64,000 nt of DNA, taken from NCBI GenBank assembly GCA_964016885.1, contig OZ024740.1, positions 80,166,001 to 80,230,000 on the forward strand, in the 5' to 3' direction. The position numbers were made by a program, and so were the translations under genes. Source of the DNA: Eledone cirrhosa. Taxonomy: Eukaryota. Positions 58,451 through 64,000 of this stretch are shown here, in pieces; positions within the stretch are counted from its first letter, which is position 1, and each line of letters begins with the position of its first letter. Below the pieces are notes generated by a model, which searched no databases, was not told the DNA's origin, and was given only the letters and a program-made list of their open reading frames with translations.

Positions 58451-61400
58451 GTTTCTTTATTGGCCACAAGGGCTAACACGAAGAAAAACATTAGAGACGG
58501 CACAGAACAGTACAGGATGATACAAAGTGGGTTTTGGTCGTGTAAACAGGTTATAACAAAATCGGGCTAGAAATAAAAAAAAATTCAAACAACAAAAATT
58601 CCCCAAAAAGGGGGAAACCTCCAAGGGTCACTCGTGGCGAAAACCACACAAAAAAGGCCACGGCCACCCTGACCACCAGGGCAAGCGCCCTCTCTCAGTT
58701 TTCCCACTCCTCAGTCTACAGGCGCATACTCAGAGCGGACCTGTTCACTCGGATCAAACTCACCACTTTCACCCATCTTTCAACAAACTTACTAGAAGGC
58801 AGCACTTGCCTCACCACCCTGATTTTCCTCTTCAAGTGAAACTTGAAAAAGTTAATTAGGGATTGGCCGAAGAGGAAAGTGTCCGTCTTCAACCATTTCA
58901 ACCTTGTCCACCACACAATCTCTTTCGCCATGGCCACCAGGAAGATGAAAACTGCCTGTCCTTCCTCCTCTTTAAAGGAGGATGGCGGGGCTATCTGCAC
59001 AATGGACTCAGTCGATAACCGTATCCGTCCTACACGCGACAGCAGCTGTTCGACATAGCTCCACAAGGCAGCAATCCTCGGACACTGAACGAGTGCGTGC
59101 AGGACGGTTTCGTCGCCCTGCGCGCATCTCGGACAGGCTCGGCTGACAGCACCTCCGTGCTTGTAGAGCTTATCCCGAACCGGCAACGCTCCCCGGTAGC
59201 ACTGCTAGGCCAGGGATTTCTGGAAGTTGTCCATAGGCCCCGGTCTGAAAGTTTTCTTGAAGAGAGCGAACAGCTGATCGTCTTCGACGCCCAGGGTCTC
59301 CCCGAGAACGTCGTCGCTCTTTCCCTCCACTAGCCCTCTATAGAACGCCGAGGTGGATGTTCCACCAATACTAGTGCCCAGCTGGTAGAGAGCGGTGAGC
59401 GCTTGGAGACATTCCAGCTTCCAAGCGCTATCCCTCGGTCTTTTCCTGATCCAAGACTGCAGCTCCGTCAAGGAGACGAGCTGGGGAAAAGCGCGTCCGG
59501 CAAACGGCAACCACACCTGTTCACTGACAAGGAAGCACCAGGGATGTCGCAGCCTCAGCCACGGCATGCCTGGTCCTCCACGCAACGGGTGTTGACAGCA
59601 AACGGTTCGTCTGACCATGGGAGCACGTCCCTTCCACAAAAAGCAGAAGAGAAAGCGCTCCATTTTGGTCAGAGTTGGGCGGGGCAAGGTACGACGGTCA
59701 GGCGGAAGCAGATAACGGACGCTATGTACGCATTTACCACCTCCTCCGGACCTTTCAGAGACAGCCTCCTCTCGGCCCATTTCTGGGTGAGAGAGACCCT
59801 CCTGTTCGTCACCTCCAGTTTTTCTCCATCTGGAAGTCCAGACCGAACCAGACCCCGAGCAATTTAACCGGTCCTTCCGTCCAGCGCCCCACGACGCTGT
59901 CGGACGGCATGGACTTGCCTCTCCAGATGCCCAGTTGCAAGCGCACCGACCTTTCCTGGTTTATCTTTGCTCCTGTCACCGCTTCGTTTTCCTTGAGAGC
60001 GGTGCTGAGCATCTGGACGTGTTTGGTGCTCGACACCACCACGGTGACGTCGTCGGCGTAAGCTGACACGGATCTCCCGCATCCCAGTTCTCGTGGGACC
60101 CCTCTCATCGTCTCCAATTTGTGCTGTAACAGCTCTAGGGCCAGTACGTACAAGAGGGAAGGGAGGGGGCAAACCCTGGCGGACCGAGTGCATAATGCTG
60201 AATGGCTGCGACAGGTGACCATTCACCCTCACAATCGAGCAGATGTTGCTGTGCATCGTAGCGATCCACCCCTAAAAACGGGCGCGAAGCCGGCCGCCTC
60301 GCGGACCGCAGCCAGGTACCGATGGTCGACCCTATCAAATGCTTTAGATTGATCCAAGTTGATCAGGGCTCCAGCCGTACCAGGTTCCTTGACCACCCTC
60401 TCTATGATGTATCGCATGAGATGGAGGTTGTCGGATGGATCATGTCTGCGCCTCTCCCACCAGATCACCGACAACAAGCGCCAGTCTTTTTGCTAACACC
60501 TTGGCCAAAATCTTAAACTCTGTGTTTAGCAGAGTTATGGGTCTGAAGTTGTTTATAATGTACTCCCTGTTCGAGTCTTTTCTCTACAGCGCCACCGCTC
60601 ACCGGCTCACAAAACTGGGAATGCTCCCGTTCTGCTGCCAGTTGCAATAGGCATCTGCCAAGAGGTCGCCGAACAAGTCTGGCATATACGCATAAGGCTC
60701 GTAGGGCAGACCATCCAAACCTGGCGATTTATCTTCCCGTATTTCACCTGGTGTTATCAGCTTTTCGCAGCACTGCGCTGCGGTCGTCGAGAGCCACGGC
60801 AGTCCGTCGGGGTATGCACAAAACGATACTCCGATCCGGCCCACCGCCGCTCCCGAACAATTGAGCAAAGTGCTGTTGAAAAGCCGCACACATCTGCTCG
60901 GTTTCGAGCAACATGCGCCCGTTTTGATCAGGCAAAGACCGAATTGTGGACTTCTTGCCACGTCGCGCCTCCACCACCCGGGCCCATTGAACGGCTTTCG
61001 TCCACTCGTGTCTTAGAGCACGTGTCTAGTTCTGACAACGCAGCCTTCATGCTTTGCGTTGAAGAATTGGTCGAGTGCCAATCTCGCCGCAAGCACGTCG
61101 GTTGCGATGCCTATCCTAAACGCCTCTTCTAGCTTTCTGACTAGCTCTCCCTCTACTCTATTTTCCTCTATCACTAGTCCTTTGCTAAACCTAATCAACT
61201 CTACTTTAATTGCCCTTTTCAGGGTAAACCACCACCTGTTGTTGACGATCGCACCCGTCAACGCACGCTAATCCGGTCTCTATAGGTATAGGCTTTGCGT
61301 GCCAGGAAAGACGCGTTCAGCTTCCAGTAACCGGGCTCTTGTCTATGAAGTCTGTCTATGTCGATCTCACAGATCACTATTTTAAATTGTGGACAACTTA

Positions 61401-61967
61401 TACTAGCCTTATCTAGTTCTCTGCAGAATACTCTATCGAGATACGATCTGGATGACCCGATGCGGTTTGTCCATGTCCACATTGGCCCAATCGGGTGATC
61501 CAGTCGATACCTGTCAGACAGTTCAAAACGTCTGAGCAGGTTGGTTAGCTCTTGCACCCTCCTCCCCTATCCACTAGCCCCACACAATCCCAGTGTGCAT
61601 CCAAGATACCGTTCCAGTCGCCAACTAACACTAAAGAGTAGAACGTTCCAAGAAAGGTCTCTAGACATCTGAAGAAATCAGCATGTCTTGTTGACATGCT
61701 GATAAAGTCTCCCCCTCTCTCTGTTGTCTGACAGCGCTCTCTCTCTTTCTTGTGTTATCCATGTTGAAATTTTTTTCAAAAAATATTTTACACAAATACG
61801 ACACCTCGTAAAGGGGTGCGGTATTATTTACTAGTGAACCCCTGTATTAGGTGGGTCACTTCTAAACTTTTATCAAATTTAAAACTCGAATAAAAGGTTT
61901 AGAACGGTTGGAAACGAGGTAAAACGTTGAAAAAACCTGGAGGCGATAAGAAGCGGGGCTTCACCAA
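58450..61967 (-). mobile_element. Tx1-clade (L1 group) LINE, frameshifted and internally deleted
   Basis: SYLDRVF, PGYWKLN, KSPGLDG, LDQSKAFDRVDH, AYADDV, CPRC...ETVLHALVQC; (TTA)n at both ends. Confidence 0.92.
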
Positions 61968-61981
61968 CAATAATAATAATA

Positions 61982-62386
61982 ATTGTTTCTACTTTTTGGC
62001 ACAAGGCCAGCAATTACCCAGTACATTACTGGTACTTTATTTTATCGACCCCATAATGATGAAAGGCAAATTTAACCTCGGCGGGATTCGAACTCAGAAT
62101 GGCAAGGGCCGTAACTATGCGTCAAAGGATAGCGTCCGATCCTCTATCGATACTGCTAATAATAATAATGGTTTCTTATATAGGCACAAGGCCAAAAATT
62201 TTGGAGGAGGGGGAAGTCGATTAAATCGCCCCCAGTGCGTGACTGGTACTTCATTTTATCGACCCCGTAAGGATGAAAGGCAAAGTTAACCTCGGCGGGA
62301 TTTGAACTCAGATCATAAAGAGCCGTAACTCTACACTGCAAAGCATGGTGTCCGACCCTCTACTGATACTGTCAATTCACCGCCCT
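61982..62386 (-). mobile_element. Two tandem tRNA-derived SINEs
   Basis: Copies at about 61982-62157 and 62171-62386; a 5' fragment of the same family lies at 58318-58399. Confidence 0.9.
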
Positions 62387-62397
62387 TTAATAATAAT

Positions 62398-62429
<32 letters not shown>

Positions 62430-62431
<2 letters not shown>

Positions 62432-64000
62432 TTTTCTTTATTAACCACAAGGGTTCACATAAAGTAGACATTAAGGACAGTACAGGACAATACAGGACGG
62501 TACAAATGGGCATTTCTGCGTGTAAAAAAACAGAGGTTGAAATAAAATAACAAAGAAAAATTCCCCAATAGGGGGGAGATTTCCAAGGGACATTTGTGGA
62601 GAAAGCCCATTAAAAGACCACAGTGGCCCTGACCACCAGGGCAAGTGCCCTCTCCCAGTTTTCCACCTTTAATTTACAGACACATACTCAGAGAAGGCCC
62701 ATTCATTCGGGCCATACTTGCTTCTCTCACCCATCTTTCAATAAAATGCTGGGAAGAGAGCACTTCCCTCTCTACCCTGATTTTCCTTTTCAAATGAAAT
62801 TTGAAAAAGTTAATCAGGGCATCACCGAAGAGGTAAGTGCTCGTCTTCAGCCCTTTCAAACGTGTCCACCATACTATCTCTTTCGCCATGGCCACCAGAC
62901 AGATAAAAACTGCCTGCCCTTCCAGGCTAAAGGAAGGGGGCGGGTCAATCCTCACGATGGACTCAGCTGATAGCTGGATCCGTCCTACACGTGACAGCAG
63001 GTGTTCGACATAAACCCACAAGTCAGCAATGCTCGGACACTGGACGAGTGCGTGCAGGACGGTTTCGTCGCCCTGCGCGCATCTCGGACATGCCCGGCTG
63101 ACGGCACCTCCATGCCTGTAGAGTTTATCCCGAACTGGCAAAGCTCCTCGGTAGCACTGCCAGGCCAGGGATTTCTGGAAGTTGTCCATAGGCCCCGGCC
63201 CGAAAGTCCTTCCGAAGAGATTGGCTAGTTGATTTTCGTCGACGCCTAGAGTTTCTCCAAGTACGTCGTCGCTCTTCCCCTCCACTAATCCTCTATAGAA
63301 CGCCAAGGTGGAGTTTCCACCGATCACATTGCCCGATTGGTCGAGGGCTGTGAGCGCCTGAAGACATTCCAGTCTCCAAGCGCTCCCTCTCGGTCTTCGC
63401 TTGACCCAGGACTGCAGCTCCGTCAAGGAGACGAGCTGGAGAAAAACGCGTCTTGCAAACGGCGACCACACCTGATCACCGTCGAGGAAGAGGTGGAGAT
63501 GTCGTAGCCTGAGCGCGTGCCTGCGCATCATCAGCCACGGCATGCCCAGCCCTCCACGTAGCGGGTGTTGACAGCAGATGGACCGCCTGACCATCGGAGC
63601 GCGTCCCTTCCACAAGAAGCGAAAGAGCAAACGCTCCAGCGCAGTCAGGCGGGGCTTAGGACAAGGTACGACGGTCAGGCGGTAGTAGATGACGGATGCG
63701 ATGTACGCATTCGCCACCTCCGCTCGACCTTTCAGGGATAGCTTCCTCTCGGCCCATTTCTGGGTGAGAGAAGCCACCCTTCTCGTCACCTCGTCCCAGT
63801 TTTTGTCCGTCTGGAGGTCTGGACCGAACCAGACCCCTAGCAATTTAACCGGTCCGTCCGTCCAGCGCCTGACGACGCTGTTGGACGGCATGGACCTGCC
63901 TCTCCAGGTGCCGAGCTGCAGGCCCACTGACTTTTCCTGGTTGATCATTGCTCCTGTCACCGCTTCGTATTCTCTTAGTGTAGTGCCGATCGCCTCGATG
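62430..64000 (-). mobile_element. Tx1-clade LINE, 3' part with open ORF2 (runs off the window)
   Basis: Uninterrupted 428-aa ORF 62674-63960 (KLLGVWFG, LSLKGRA, RFLWKG, GGLG, CPRC...H...C knuckle), 3' UTR and (TTA)n tail. Confidence 0.95.

Noticed and set aside
61950-61967. LTR primer-binding site (tggtgaagcccc)
   Set aside because: No LTR or gag/pol nearby; better explained as the Tx1 5' end.

Overview
AT-rich, repeat-dominated eukaryotic DNA. The SINE, RTE and Tx1 content plus very long (TA)n tracts suggest an octopus or other cephalopod, which is an inference. No intact host gene can be supported, and most long ORFs in the track are microsatellite artefacts. Identifiable elements: three near full-length but disrupted RTE-clade LINEs, three Tx1-clade LINE pieces, CR1-group fragments, a Penelope-like (PLE) GIY-YIG fragment, Tc1/mariner and hAT remnants, a TTAA-flanked MITE, many tRNA-derived SINEs and a 30-bp minisatellite. 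The main observation is a dense field of type I hammerhead ribozyme (HHR) motifs: about 16 complete or near-complete motifs plus several 3' halves, in about 10 unrelated sequence contexts. They lie in short islands inside (TA)n tracts, often as head-to-head palindromes with 3' ends pointing outward, and show recurrent core variants (U3-A8, C4, U.U at 10.1-11.1). A second observation is a Tx1 LINE/SINE pair that shares a 3' tail, inserts at ATT repeats and builds head-to-tail trains. All structures were paired by eye; no folding or database search was run.
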